Below, piece by piece: positions 27,269 through 37,177 of a DNA stretch of 64,000 nt. The stretch comes from Patescibacteria group bacterium (lineage in GTDB: Bacteria; Patescibacteriota; Patescibacteriia; UBA9934), in contig JBAYHK010000003.1 in the NCBI GenBank assembly GCA_041666145.1, positions 6,277 to 70,276 of the forward strand, given 5' to 3'. The translations under genes and the position numbers were made by a program. The notes under the pieces were generated by a model, which saw only the letters and a program-made list of their open reading frames with translations, was not told the origin of the DNA and made no database searches. The number at the start of each line of letters is the position of its first letter. Positions within the stretch are counted from its first letter, which is position 1.

Positions 27269-27297
27269 AAAAGCGCATCCACTGGCGATGCGCTTTT
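27269..27297 (+). terminator. rho-independent terminator after the polysaccharide cluster
   Basis: AAAAGCGCATC-CACTGG-CGATGCGCTTTTG: a 9-bp stem plus a T-run. Confidence 0.75.
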
Positions 27298-27342
27298 GCA
27301 GACAGAACGTCTGAGCGAATCGCGCTTGGATGCGCGGCGTTT

Positions 27343-27924
27343 CTAGTTGCGCCTTCCGAATACGGCGTCCCACAGTCGAGAACCCATCAAGGGATGAAGG
27401 CAGAACCGTTTTGGCGTTAGGACTTCTTCTGGAGGAGGATCCGATACGGTTGGCGGAGGCGGTAGCTCTCCTTGCTCCCGCTGTTCTGGTCGAATGTCTT
27501 CCTCGTCTTTTATGGCGTCGAGAGGGCTTGGCCCCCACAACTGCATGAAGTTGATCGAGACATGTTCGCTACCGTCTTCAACTTGGATGAGGTGGCACTC
27601 GAATCCGCGAAGTCCGAACGCGTAGACCATTTTGCTCGCATCACGAATTCGGAGGACCGTGAACCGTTGAAGATTTCTCGGCGGAGATGCGAGACGCGAA
27701 CCAGAGCGCTGGTCGCTGTAGTGAAGCTCTGCATTTCCGTTTTTTCCATCATCAAAGAAGATGCTCATGATTTTGGCTTGTTCTTCTTGAGAAAGGTCCC
27801 AAATTTCTCCTAGGTGAAAAAGGAGGTAGCCTGGGACTTTGGATTTGAAGGTTTCTTTGACCAGGTTCTCTTTCTCTGGGATCGATACTTTGAAACGGTA
27901 GTCGAACCTTTGCGGTGGCATCAT
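27343..27924 (-). CDS. hypothetical protein with a Pro-rich C-terminus
   Basis: A good SD (AGGAGAAAC) lies before the ATG at 27924. I see no recognisable motif. The last 60 aa are encoded by a local GC-rich patch (PPPPTVSDPPPEEV...). Confidence 0.4.
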   Translation of the reverse strand: MMPPQRFDYRFKVSIPEKENLVKETFKSKVPGYLLFHLGEIWDLSQEEQAKIMSIFFDDGKNGNAELHYSDQRSGSRLASPPRNLQRFTVLRIRDASKMVYAFGLRGFECHLIQVEDGSEHVSINFMQLWGPSPLDAIKDEEDIRPEQREQGELPPPPTVSDPPPEEVLTPKRFCLHPLMGSRLWDAVFGRRN

Positions 27925-28021
27925 GACGTTTCTCCTGCGGATGCGCGGCTTTTGAGCCGCTAGGTTTTTCTGTCAGTAACCAGACACGATACACGAAAAT
28001 TCAGGTTTTGTAAACCTTTTG

Positions 28022-28948
28022 CTAGTTTTTTAAGTATCCTCGAGCAAAATCACTCCCATCCATCGGCTTTCCTCCGGCAGGTTGGAGTTTGGTGATTTCG
28101 AGGGGGATGTTCAATGCAGTACAGAAAAGTTTGCCTTCAAATTCGAATGGCGTACCGATGTCCGTAGTCTTCGGTGCATTTGGAGCAGGGACGGCTTGGA
28201 GGATCTTTACGATGGTTTCGGTCCCATTTAGGGTCCATGTGGTCCAGGTTCCTGGCCAGGGGGTGTAAGCGCGGATTTTTTGTTCGATTGTGGCGGCAGA
28301 TTCGGTCCAGTTTATTTTGCCGTTTTCTCGGGAGAGAAGTTTACAGATCGAGACTCCTTCGGATGGTTGCGGCTTTGGAGTAATTGATCCATCCATGTAG
28401 CCCTTGAGAGCAGCGATGAGCATTGGTGCGCCAAGTGCGACGACTTTTTGAGTAAGCGATGTGGTGGTTTCGTCTTTAGTGAGTTCGATGGATTGTTGAG
28501 CGAGAAGCGGACCAGTGTCCATGCCTTCGTCTATAGTCATGATAGATACGCCTGTTTGTGAATCGCCGGCAGCGATAGCGGCTTGCATTGGCGACGGTCC
28601 ACGATACTTTGGGAGAAGGGAAGGGTGAAGGTTGACGAAGCCCTTTGGAATACGATCAATAAGAACTTTTGGCAAGATTCTGCCGTATGCGACTATAACT
28701 GCAACGTCGGCTTTCAGCTCATCGATGGCGGAGAGAAAGGCTTCGTCTTTAAGTCTTGTTGGCTGAAAAACGGGAATATTTTTTGAAAGCGCGAGCTGTT
28801 TGGTGGGAGGCGGTGTGAGAATCTTTTTCCGTCCAACAGGCTCATCTTGTTGGCACACCACGGCAGTAACGGTGATTTCACTATCAGAAAGGATTGCGGA
28901 AAGAATGTCTGCAGAAAATTGTGGTGTTCCGAAGAAGATGATGCGCAT
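28022..28948 (-). CDS. fmt: methionyl-tRNA formyltransferase
   Basis: MRIIFFGTP starts the protein, and the formyltransferase core is present (NLHPSLLPKYRG). The C-terminal Fmt domain follows. Confidence 0.9.
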   Translation of the reverse strand: MRIIFFGTPQFSADILSAILSDSEITVTAVVCQQDEPVGRKKILTPPPTKQLALSKNIPVFQPTRLKDEAFLSAIDELKADVAVIVAYGRILPKVLIDRIPKGFVNLHPSLLPKYRGPSPMQAAIAAGDSQTGVSIMTIDEGMDTGPLLAQQSIELTKDETTTSLTQKVVALGAPMLIAALKGYMDGSITPKPQPSEGVSICKLLSRENGKINWTESAATIEQKIRAYTPWPGTWTTWTLNGTETIVKILQAVPAPNAPKTTDIGTPFEFEGKLFCTALNIPLEITKLQPAGGKPMDGSDFARGYLKN

Positions 28949-28951
28949 AGA

Positions 28952-29422
28952 CTAAAGATTCGAACTCCTCTTTATTTTTTCTGCACGATCAATAAAGAGA
29001 ATTCCATCAAGATGGTCGATTTCATGCTGAAAGATTACGGAAAGAAGGCCTTTGGCTTTGATGATAGTTTTGGTTCCATCTTCTAGAGTCGCCTTTACCG
29101 TTACTGAACGATTGCGCTTTACCATGCCCCAGCATCCTGGCACAGAAAGACAACCTTCTTCGCTCTCGATCATCCGAAATGACCGTTCCGTTATTTCCGG
29201 ATTCATGTACGCCAATGCCGCGCCATCTGTTTCGGCGATGATAACGCGGTCGTGCACGCCAATTTGCGGTGCCGCAATACCGACGCCGTTTTCTTTTGTC
29301 ATTGTTTCCTTGAGTTCCCGAATGAGAAGTTTCATTTCTGGTGAAGTAAGGCGATCATCAGAAATGATCTCGCTTTTTTTGCGAAGCTCAGGATTTGGTT
29401 CACAGAGTACTGGTCTAGACAT
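28952..29422 (-). CDS. def: peptide deformylase
   Basis: Motifs GIAAPQIG, EGCLS and HEIDHLDG are present. fmt follows 3 nt later. Confidence 0.9.
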   Translation of the reverse strand: MSRPVLCEPNPELRKKSEIISDDRLTSPEMKLLIRELKETMTKENGVGIAAPQIGVHDRVIIAETDGAALAYMNPEITERSFRMIESEEGCLSVPGCWGMVKRNRSVTVKATLEDGTKTIIKAKGLLSVIFQHEIDHLDGILFIDRAEKIKRSSNL

Positions 29423-29424
29423 AC

Positions 29425-31260
29425 TTAGCGGTCAATACGAATATTGATGTGATCAGGAATATTTGAGAACTGTTCTTTCCAGGTGTCGAATGTTGGATGA
29501 TCGACTTTGGCGGTAAGTACACCGTGTCGATTCGTGACGAGTGAGCGGAAATTTTCGGGAAGTTCCTCGAGGATCGCGTTTTCGAAAGTTATGATGACTC
29601 CAAACGGTGGCAATGTGTATTGTTCTCGAATTGATCGTTCGTGATTATAGACGTGTGAAGTTCCAAGAAGTGAGAGAAGCCGGTCGCGTGCTACAGTTTG
29701 AATGATGCATTTGACGTGTTCACGTTGTGCAAGATTTTGAAGACGACAGATTTTTCTTGCAGTTTTTTCTACGCCGCAAAAGTCACCAGGAATAAATCCG
29801 ACGTCTGCAAGAAGCTCGGCAACAAGTCCGAATCCGTATTTTTGAAAAGGAACAATCACGCTGCTCCAGAAATACTCAGTCGCAACAATAATGTTTGCCT
29901 TGTTGTCGATTCGTCCTTTCTCGATATGACCGATCGTCACATCGGGAAAAGCCTTTTTAAGGTCGTCGACGATTCGAGCTCCACCAATACTTCGTGGTCC
30001 AATCTTTGGCGACCCACATGCCGGACAAGACGTCGGCTTCCACATTTCTGCACCACAGCCTCCGCACAAAAGATCATCAAGCCGAACGATCGGAAGATTT
30101 CCGCAGGTACCGCAGAACGGAACATGACCACACGCCTTACATTCCATCCGCTTGGCAACTCCTTTCCGATTCAGGCAGAGTAACACCTTTTTTTGGCTAT
30201 GTAAAGCCAATTTTATAGCTTCGAGGAGTGTTTGAGAAAGCAAGGGATAGGCGGAATTTTCTCCGCGAATTGTTGTGTCGATAATTACAGGGGTTGAATC
30301 GGTGAGTTCGATTGCTGACTTTTCGGGAAGTTGTTTCAAGGCTATGGTCGAGATCGGTGGAAGTGGATCGGTCATGATGAGCCGCGCATTATAAAGTTCG
30401 GCAAGGGTTTGTGCTGCAAAAATAGCGTTGATGTGTGGATTTCGAAAAAGACTTTTATGGTCTTCGCAGGCAGATTGAAAGACAAGAACAGAACTTAGAT
30501 TCTGTGGTTCGATGAGGGTAGTCTGACGTGTGCCGATGAGAAGTCGATGTTTGCCGAGCTTCCACGAGCGGATAATGGAATTTCGTTCGAATGATGTTGT
30601 TTTTCCTGTTAATACAGCAGGACTGAAAGGATTGAGCAATTGTTTGAAGAATTGCGCGTCACGTTCTCGTGGAACAAGAATGAGTGCTTGCCCTTCTGGA
30701 GTTTTGCAAAGTGCATGAGCGAGGACTGCGGATGTTTCGTCGTCGATTGCGAAGGAGGACTCTCGATCTTTTTGTATTATCGAGAGCATTGATTTCACAA
30801 CATCGATCGTGTGCGGATCAACGGAAAACGATGAAGCAAGATTTTTCAGTGCTACGTTTGATCCGACTCCTGTTCGATCGCTGATTCCTTCAAATGCAAT
30901 GGAAAGAATTGATGAAACAGATTGTCCAAGATTTGTGGCAATTGTTTTGAGATATGAGAGATGACTTGGAGAGATATTGAAGACTGGAGATGCATTCGAG
31001 ACTTCGATTGTTCGTTTTTCATTGGTAGTTTTTTGAATCACGTCGATTACTCCAAGCACGGATCGATGACGAAAGGGAATGGAGATAATATCGCCAATCG
31101 CAAAATGACTATCGTCTGGAAGACGGTAGTCAAATGCCTCGAATCGTCGAGGAAGCTTCAAGATCGGAAAGACTTTTGCGAACACAGAGGGTGTTAAAAG
31201 CGAAGTTCTGCAACAAGTTCTCCAACTCCGAACGGCGCTTCTTCTGAAAGAATCTCGCAT
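29425..31260 (-). CDS. priA: primosomal protein N' (PriA) homolog with degenerate ATPase motifs
   Basis: It has a 3'-DNA-binding N-domain, and its helicase-core spacing aligns to PriA (GQALILVPRE ... HRLLIGTRQ). The 4-Cys zinc region is present (CKACGHVPFCGTCG ... CGGCG ... CPACG). The Walker A position reads DETSAVLAHAL, with no GKT. The DEEH position reads QSACEDH. The true start is uncertain: the ATG at 31260 overlaps the upstream gene by 66 nt, and a GTG at 31185 would remove the overlap. Confidence 0.7.
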   Translation of the reverse strand: MRDSFRRSAVRSWRTCCRTSLLTPSVFAKVFPILKLPRRFEAFDYRLPDDSHFAIGDIISIPFRHRSVLGVIDVIQKTTNEKRTIEVSNASPVFNISPSHLSYLKTIATNLGQSVSSILSIAFEGISDRTGVGSNVALKNLASSFSVDPHTIDVVKSMLSIIQKDRESSFAIDDETSAVLAHALCKTPEGQALILVPRERDAQFFKQLLNPFSPAVLTGKTTSFERNSIIRSWKLGKHRLLIGTRQTTLIEPQNLSSVLVFQSACEDHKSLFRNPHINAIFAAQTLAELYNARLIMTDPLPPISTIALKQLPEKSAIELTDSTPVIIDTTIRGENSAYPLLSQTLLEAIKLALHSQKKVLLCLNRKGVAKRMECKACGHVPFCGTCGNLPIVRLDDLLCGGCGAEMWKPTSCPACGSPKIGPRSIGGARIVDDLKKAFPDVTIGHIEKGRIDNKANIIVATEYFWSSVIVPFQKYGFGLVAELLADVGFIPGDFCGVEKTARKICRLQNLAQREHVKCIIQTVARDRLLSLLGTSHVYNHERSIREQYTLPPFGVIITFENAILEELPENFRSLVTNRHGVLTAKVDHPTFDTWKEQFSNIPDHINIRIDR

Positions 31261-31982
31261 GTAACGGGCATAGATTCAAGAACGCCAAAGAGCATAAGAA
31301 CCTGTCTATAAAGAGCATCCTGAGCGTTCTTTAGCATTTCTGGATTGATTTGTAATAGTCCTGCAGTATTTTTCTGTTTGATGAGTGTTGAAAGAAGTTC
31401 ATCAAGCTTTTTTCCGTCTTCATGGAATCCTCCGGGTGCCTCGGTGCTTCTCGTATGTGATCCATCGCCAGCAGCAATAACGGCAATTCGTTTCGGACTA
31501 TTAAGAAGAGATTCGCGCAGGGCTGTTCCAAAGTCAAAGTGTTCCTTTGGAGTTTTTTTAGAAGGAGCAATGGGAAGAATTCGAACATTTGGAAGGTGCT
31601 CAGTTAGAAAAGAGAGGGGAATCGTTGCGGTAAAAGGAAGCTCTTTTTCGGTTTCTAATGTAACGCTATAGCCAGTGTGGCGTATGTTTCGTTGTGCGCC
31701 ATCGGCAAGCATGAAGTCTGTGCCATAGGTTTTGTTGTATCCAAGGTCTCCGAATTGTGTAAGTCCAGCATGATACGGATCTGAAACATTTATCGTGAAT
31801 GCATCGTCTGGTGTGTTCGTGTGTTCACAGAAAATAACGATCGTGTCTGGTTTTGCCGCAAAAAGCTCTTCTGAAAGATTTTTTAATGCTTCTCGGGTTT
31901 TTTCAATTTTATGAATATGTTCAGGATTGATTGAGGGTAGAAGAAGTGGCGAACATGGAACAATACCAGCAAAGACGATCAT
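31194..31982 (-). CDS. LigB/MEMO1-superfamily protein (class III extradiol dioxygenase fold), function unknown
   Basis: It is about 260 aa. The N-terminus FAGIVPCSPLLLP matches the LigB-family pattern VPH-PLL, but with Cys in place of His. IVIFCEHTN and IAAGDGSHT mirror the second and third metal-ligand motifs of that fold. Confidence 0.45.
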   Translation of the reverse strand: MIVFAGIVPCSPLLLPSINPEHIHKIEKTREALKNLSEELFAAKPDTIVIFCEHTNTPDDAFTINVSDPYHAGLTQFGDLGYNKTYGTDFMLADGAQRNIRHTGYSVTLETEKELPFTATIPLSFLTEHLPNVRILPIAPSKKTPKEHFDFGTALRESLLNSPKRIAVIAAGDGSHTRSTEAPGGFHEDGKKLDELLSTLIKQKNTAGLLQINPEMLKNAQDALYRQVLMLFGVLESMPVTCEILSEEAPFGVGELVAELRF

Positions 31983-31990
31983 ATGATGGG

Positions 31991-33364
31991 TTATTCATCT
32001 GCGCCAAGGCTGGCGCCGAGTTTGTGCAAATTAAGAACATCGTCACTTACGAAGATGATATTTGACCAGTCGTATCCATAGTCATTGAATGTTTGCTCGT
32101 TGTCTATGGCGTGTCGTTCGCCATTCGCAATAACGTAGACCGTTGGATTTTCGTGCGATCGAACGAGTGTGCCGTCTGGGAGCTTCAGAAATTTGCCCTC
32201 TTTGTATTGTTCGATTTCATTTTGGAGCGCTGATTCAACTGTCGAGCTTGGAAAATTTGCCGTTAAAATTGCTGGATCAAGAATTGCTTGTCGAGCTCCA
32301 TCCTTGAGGAGGAAGAGTGCGCCGTTTGCGAGTTTCACTATTCGACCAGAAGGGTCTTGAGTTGTAGTGGTGATCGGTGTGCCTTCTGCGTAGGTTTCAA
32401 CTTCCTTTGCTGTGATGTCCACAAGCTCATCTTCTGAGAATCCAGTTGCACGAAAAGCCTCCATGGATTCAACGTGACGCATAGCATCATCAACAAGGAG
32501 ATAAATGCGCCCATCTTCATCTTTAACAAGTGAGTAATTCGGTAGAGCAATTTCTGTGCCGGTTGGATACTGTTCAAGCACGCTCGAAGCGACTGTAATA
32601 ATGAGCTTTGTATTGTATCGAGAGATGAGCGCGCTTTGACTTGTAATTGGTCGACGATAACCGTTTTCAATCCGCCAGACTCCGTCTTCTCCCGCAGCTT
32701 GAAGAAGCGATCCTGTTGGATATTCCTTTCCAAACCATTTATCCCAAATAGTTACAAAATTCTCATTGCCATGAAGATGCGGGGTGTATGCATACATCGC
32801 TGCTGTAGCGGCGTTGAATGGCGTTACCGTAACGTTATCGATGATGACAGGAACATTGACTCCATACTTTCCTGCTGTAACTCCATAATTTTTTATGTCA
32901 GCAAGATATCCTTCTATAAATTGAAGCGCTGCAGAATTTACTTGCTTTCCAAATCCTTGCCAACGTGAAAGCCCGGCATCATTCATTGAACAATCATCAC
33001 AGACTCCATAGCCAGTTGCCCAGTCATATTGTTTTGTTGTTGGATCTGGATCTTCAATAAGACTTTGTTCTTTTTGCAAAAGAACAAGAAGAAAACGAGG
33101 ATTGATTCCGTTGTCTTGTGCTGCTCGCCAGATAATATCTGCGGCGTAACGAGTCTTTCCCTCCCAATCTGCAGTTTTATATTCTGCGAGTGTTCCTCGG
33201 CTAAGAAAAGCTTGAATTTGATTGCGGTCCATTGCCTGTGAGTCGGTAAGCTCTGCGTCGGAAAGGATGTAATTCGGATTAAAGGCAAGCGCACTTGTTG
33301 GAAGAGAGAAAAAAACAATGGCACCAAAGAGAGAAAAGAGAATTTTATAGATTTTCATACGCAT
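31991..33364 (-). CDS. secreted hypothetical protein with repeated C-terminal modules
   Basis: It has a signal peptide (ILFSLFGAIVFFSLPTSALA), and a conserved-looking N-domain (AADIIWRAAQDNGINPRFLLVLLQKEQS). Three GR-x-h-x-L-x-x-G/DG-x-R-H/Q-x-I modules follow near the C-terminus. It may bind or hydrolyse cell wall. Confidence 0.45.
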   Translation of the reverse strand: MRMKIYKILFSLFGAIVFFSLPTSALAFNPNYILSDAELTDSQAMDRNQIQAFLSRGTLAEYKTADWEGKTRYAADIIWRAAQDNGINPRFLLVLLQKEQSLIEDPDPTTKQYDWATGYGVCDDCSMNDAGLSRWQGFGKQVNSAALQFIEGYLADIKNYGVTAGKYGVNVPVIIDNVTVTPFNAATAAMYAYTPHLHGNENFVTIWDKWFGKEYPTGSLLQAAGEDGVWRIENGYRRPITSQSALISRYNTKLIITVASSVLEQYPTGTEIALPNYSLVKDEDGRIYLLVDDAMRHVESMEAFRATGFSEDELVDITAKEVETYAEGTPITTTTQDPSGRIVKLANGALFLLKDGARQAILDPAILTANFPSSTVESALQNEIEQYKEGKFLKLPDGTLVRSHENPTVYVIANGERHAIDNEQTFNDYGYDWSNIIFVSDDVLNLHKLGASLGADE

Positions 33365-33446
33365 TCAGTATAGCGAACACAGGGTGCGTTGACACGCTCT
33401 CCCTGGGGAAGCATCATGACCCTGTTCTTACTCTTTTCTCTTCATT

Positions 33447-33953
33447 ATGATGCTTTCTATCGGCTCAAAAGCTCCAGAAGTTTGTCAGGCGATCATTGAG
33501 GTTCCAAAGGGCAGTCAAAATAAGTACGAGTTTGATAAAGAGCAGGGGATTGTGAAACTTGATCGCGTTCTATTCTCACCAATGTTCTATCCGTGCGATT
33601 ATGGATTCTTTCCAGAAACGCTTGGTGGCGATGGTGACCCACTCGATGTTTTGGTCATGGTGACGAACCCATTGTTCCCAGGCGTCGCAGTTGATGTCCG
33701 CCCAGTTGGCGTGCTCATGATGAGTGACGATAAGGGACAAGACGAGAAGATTCTCGCCGTTGCAAAAGATGACCCACGGTTCAAGCACATCAATGATCTT
33801 GCAGATGTTCCTGAGCACATCCGTAATGAGATCGCTTTCTTTTTTGAGAGTTACAAGATTTTAGAAAAGAAAATGACAAAAATTGATGGTTGGCTCGACG
33901 CTGCAGCAGCGAAGAAAGTCATTGCCGATGGTATAGCAAGGGCAAAGGCGTAG
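33447..33953 (+). CDS. ppa: inorganic pyrophosphatase (family I)
   Basis: Motifs YPCDYGFFPETLGGDGDPLDVLV and DDKGQDEKILAV mark a soluble PPase core. Confidence 0.9.
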   Translation: MMLSIGSKAPEVCQAIIEVPKGSQNKYEFDKEQGIVKLDRVLFSPMFYPCDYGFFPETLGGDGDPLDVLVMVTNPLFPGVAVDVRPVGVLMMSDDKGQDEKILAVAKDDPRFKHINDLADVPEHIRNEIAFFFESYKILEKKMTKIDGWLDAAAAKKVIADGIARAKA

Positions 33954-33964
33954 AGAAAATAAGT

Positions 33965-34006
33965 AAAAACAAAACGACGCTTCATTGGAGGCGTCGTTTT
34001 GTTTTG
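33965..34006. terminator. bidirectional rho-independent terminator between ppa (+) and clpB (-)
   Basis: AAAACAAAACGACGCC-TTCATTGGAG-GCGTCGTTTTGTTTT: a 15-bp stem with a poly-A run on one side and a poly-T run on the other. Confidence 0.8.
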
Positions 34007-34012
34007 TAGAGA

Positions 34013-36631
34013 TTATATGAACACGATCTCTCCCTTTTTCGCATCGATAGTAATTGATGTATCCGGAGCAATGGTTCCTTTTACGATTTCAAGCGCGAGA
34101 GGATCAAGAATTTTTGATTGGATAGCACGTTTTAATGGGCGAGCGCCATAAAGTGGATCAAAACCTTGTTCTGCGATAGTTTTTCTTGCCCGATCAGTGA
34201 AGAGAACGGTGATTCCACGAGCTTCTTTCAATCGTGCTTCCACTAATGTGAGCTGAAGATTAACGATTGCGGCGATATGTTCTTTGTTGAGTGCATGGAA
34301 GACTATGGCCTCGTCGATACGGTTCAAGAACTCTGGGCGGAAGTGATCGCGGAGCATGTCGAGAACCTTTTGTTTTGTTGCGTCAGTTTTTGCGCCAGCG
34401 TCTTCTACGAATCCAATCTTTCTTCCGCTGTTAAGAATGACTTCGCTTCCAATGTTGGATGTCATGATGATGATTGTGTTCTTGAAGTTTACTGCTCGGC
34501 CCTTCGCGTCAGTAAGCCGTCCATCGTCAAGAATCTGTAAAAGAATGTTGAAGACGTCTGGGTGCGCCTTTTCAATTTCATCCAAGAGAACAACAGAGTA
34601 GGGGTGTTTACGAATCTTTTCTGCGAGTTGTCCGCCTTCTTCGTATCCAATGTATCCAGGCGGCGAACCGATCATCTTGCTCACACTGTGCTTTTCCATG
34701 TACTCGCTCATATCTAAGCGAATGAGCGCTTTTTCGTCATTGAACATGAAGGTTGCAAGTGCTCGGGCGAGCTCTGTTTTTCCAACGCCTGTTGGCCCAA
34801 GAAAAATGAATGAGCCAATCGGATGTCGCTCTTCGGAAAGCCCTGCGCGTGATCTGCGGAGCGCGTTACTCACTGCAGTGATAGCTTCGTCTTGCCCAAC
34901 AACATGCTTTCGCAATTCTTCCTCCATTCGTGCGAGTTTTACCATGTCGCTTTCGAGCATTTTTGAAACGGGAATGTGTGTCCATCGTCCAACAACCGTG
35001 GCAATGTCTTCTTCGGTAATAACCTCCTTCAAAAGTCCTCGTTCGGCTTGAAATTTTTTCAGTTCCTCTTCCTTTTCTGTAAGTTCTTCGCGTTTTGCTG
35101 GAAGTTCTGCGTAACGAATTTCAGCTACGCGTTCAAGGTTACCGCGTCGTTCTTCATATTCCGCTTCATTTGTGAGCTTATCGATTGCGCCTTTTAGTTC
35201 TCGAATGGTCGCGATAAGATTCTTCTCATTTGTCCATCTTAGCGATACTTCTGATGAACGCTCTTTACTATCTGCAATCAGCTTTTCGATCTCCTTCAAT
35301 CGCTCCTTTGATGCTTTGTCTTCTTCTTTCAGTAAAGCTTGCCGTTCAATCTGCAGGCGCATCTCTTCCCGAGTCATTCGATCAAGGTCTTCTGGCATGG
35401 AGTCAATCTGCAAGCGAAGACCCGCAGCGGCCTCGTCAATAAGGTCTATTGCTTTGTCTGGAAGTTGACGATCTGAAATATAACGCGCAGAAAGTGTCGC
35501 CGCTGCAACGATAGCGTTGTCAGAAATTCGAACACCGTGATGAATTTCGTAACGCTCTTTAATGCCTCGAAGAATTGCAATCGTATCATCAACTGACGGT
35601 TCTTCAACCATGATTGGCTGGAAACGACGTTCGAGCGCCTGGTCTTTCTCAATATGTCGTTGGTATTCCTTTGTGGTTGTTGCTCCGACTACGCGAAGTT
35701 CACCTCGAGCAAGCGCTGGCTTCAGCAAATTGCTTGCATCCATCGGAGATTCGTCGCCTTTTCCAGCGCCGACAAGCATGTGAAGTTCGTCGATAAAGAG
35801 AATATATTTTCCTTCTGACTGAGTGACTTCTTTCATGACTGCCTTGAGCCGTTCTTCAAACTCGCCACGAAACTTCGTTCCAGCGATGAGGGAACCAAGA
35901 TCAAGTGAAACGACTTCTTTGTTTTTGAGCGTCTCAGGAACATCACCGGCAATAATTCGTAGAGCGAGTCCTTCGACTATTGCAGTTTTCCCTACGCCAG
36001 CTTCACCGATAAGCACTGGATTGTTTTTTGTTCGACGAGAAAGAACTTGCATTACGCGTCGAATTTCTTCGCCTCGACCAATGACAGGGTCGAGTTTTCC
36101 ATGCCGAGCGCGCTCAGTAAGATTGAGGCTGTATTTTTCGATTGCTTGGTATTTTGCTTCTGGATCTTGGGAATCGACACGTTGACTTCCGCGAAGATCT
36201 TTAAGCGCCTGAAGGATTGATTGCTCAGTGACTTGATGTACGGCAAGCATGGCCGCGATTGGTCGATCAATGAGAAGGCCGAGGAGAAGGTGTTCTGTGG
36301 AGATGTACTCATCTCCAAACTGTTTTGCAATTTTTGCGGCAGATTCCAGAACGTGTGCAAGAGCAGGCGTTAGGATGATTTGTCCGATGCCGCCACTTTC
36401 ATGATGGTTTTGTTTTGGAAGGCTGTCGCACATTCTGTCGATATCACCAAGAAGCGCAGGAAGGCTTGTAGCCATTTTTTGAAAGATTGTTACAACAAAG
36501 CCGCCTTCTTGGCGTGCAAGGGCTGCAAGGAGATGGATTGGTTCAACGCCATGTTGGCCATTTTCCTGAGAAAACGCTTGAGCGTTTTGAATGGCTTCTT
36601 GTGATTTGCTTGTAAAATTGTTAGGAATCAT
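34013..36631 (-). CDS. clpB: ATP-dependent chaperone ClpB
   Basis: It is 872 aa with two AAA+ modules (GEAGVGKT and GPTGVGKT Walker A motifs), a long coiled-coil middle domain between them, and an N-terminal Clp_N repeat. Confidence 0.95.
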   Translation of the reverse strand: MIPNNFTSKSQEAIQNAQAFSQENGQHGVEPIHLLAALARQEGGFVVTIFQKMATSLPALLGDIDRMCDSLPKQNHHESGGIGQIILTPALAHVLESAAKIAKQFGDEYISTEHLLLGLLIDRPIAAMLAVHQVTEQSILQALKDLRGSQRVDSQDPEAKYQAIEKYSLNLTERARHGKLDPVIGRGEEIRRVMQVLSRRTKNNPVLIGEAGVGKTAIVEGLALRIIAGDVPETLKNKEVVSLDLGSLIAGTKFRGEFEERLKAVMKEVTQSEGKYILFIDELHMLVGAGKGDESPMDASNLLKPALARGELRVVGATTTKEYQRHIEKDQALERRFQPIMVEEPSVDDTIAILRGIKERYEIHHGVRISDNAIVAAATLSARYISDRQLPDKAIDLIDEAAAGLRLQIDSMPEDLDRMTREEMRLQIERQALLKEEDKASKERLKEIEKLIADSKERSSEVSLRWTNEKNLIATIRELKGAIDKLTNEAEYEERRGNLERVAEIRYAELPAKREELTEKEEELKKFQAERGLLKEVITEEDIATVVGRWTHIPVSKMLESDMVKLARMEEELRKHVVGQDEAITAVSNALRRSRAGLSEERHPIGSFIFLGPTGVGKTELARALATFMFNDEKALIRLDMSEYMEKHSVSKMIGSPPGYIGYEEGGQLAEKIRKHPYSVVLLDEIEKAHPDVFNILLQILDDGRLTDAKGRAVNFKNTIIIMTSNIGSEVILNSGRKIGFVEDAGAKTDATKQKVLDMLRDHFRPEFLNRIDEAIVFHALNKEHIAAIVNLQLTLVEARLKEARGITVLFTDRARKTIAEQGFDPLYGARPLKRAIQSKILDPLALEIVKGTIAPDTSITIDAKKGEIVFI

Positions 36632-36739
36632 AGCCGGATTTTGAGTATTTTAGCACTCACAATGATAGAGTGCTAAGCCTGAAACGTCAACGGAATCGTT
36701 ATTCACAGGAGCGCATAAATATGCTAAGGTTAGCTTTAT

Positions 36740-37174
36740 ATGATTCGATTTCGTTTAGCTTTTTTTCTCATTGTTCTTGTGATGGTGACGCATATTTTTG
36801 TCCTTGTTGCAGGTGTTTACAGTCAAATGCCTTGGTTTGACGTACCGATGCATTTTTTTGGAGGGTACGTAATCGCTCTTCTTGGTTTGGCGTGTTATGG
36901 ATGGCTACAGAATTTTGTGGAAATAAAGTCAAAATCAATGCAAAAACTTTCAATTTTTACGCCAATGATTATTGAGTTTGTATTTGTGGTTGGTTTTGTT
37001 ATGACTGTCGGCGTGGCGTGGGAATGGTATGAATTTTTATTTGACCAGTTTGTTGGATTTTTTGTAGAGAATTTTGGCGTGGCGCAGATAAGTCTTGCAG
37101 ACACGATGGATGACCTCTTTAATGATTTCGTAGGGGGGGTAACAGCTTGGATGCTGTGGCGAAGCCGTAAGTAA
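36740..37174 (+). CDS. small polytopic membrane protein (hypothetical)
   Basis: It is a 144-aa protein with four predicted TM helices and no recognisable motif. It lies immediately upstream of the GT26 transferase. Confidence 0.4.
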   Translation: MIRFRLAFFLIVLVMVTHIFVLVAGVYSQMPWFDVPMHFFGGYVIALLGLACYGWLQNFVEIKSKSMQKLSIFTPMIIEFVFVVGFVMTVGVAWEWYEFLFDQFVGFFVENFGVAQISLADTMDDLFNDFVGGVTAWMLWRSRK

Positions 37175-37177
37175 ATT

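Noticed and set aside
34277-36604. Multiple plus-strand ORFs of 60-130 aa inside clpB, and similar antisense ORFs inside mrdA, the helicase, alaS, atpA and others
   Set aside because: They are antisense to strongly supported conserved genes and are typical shadow ORFs.
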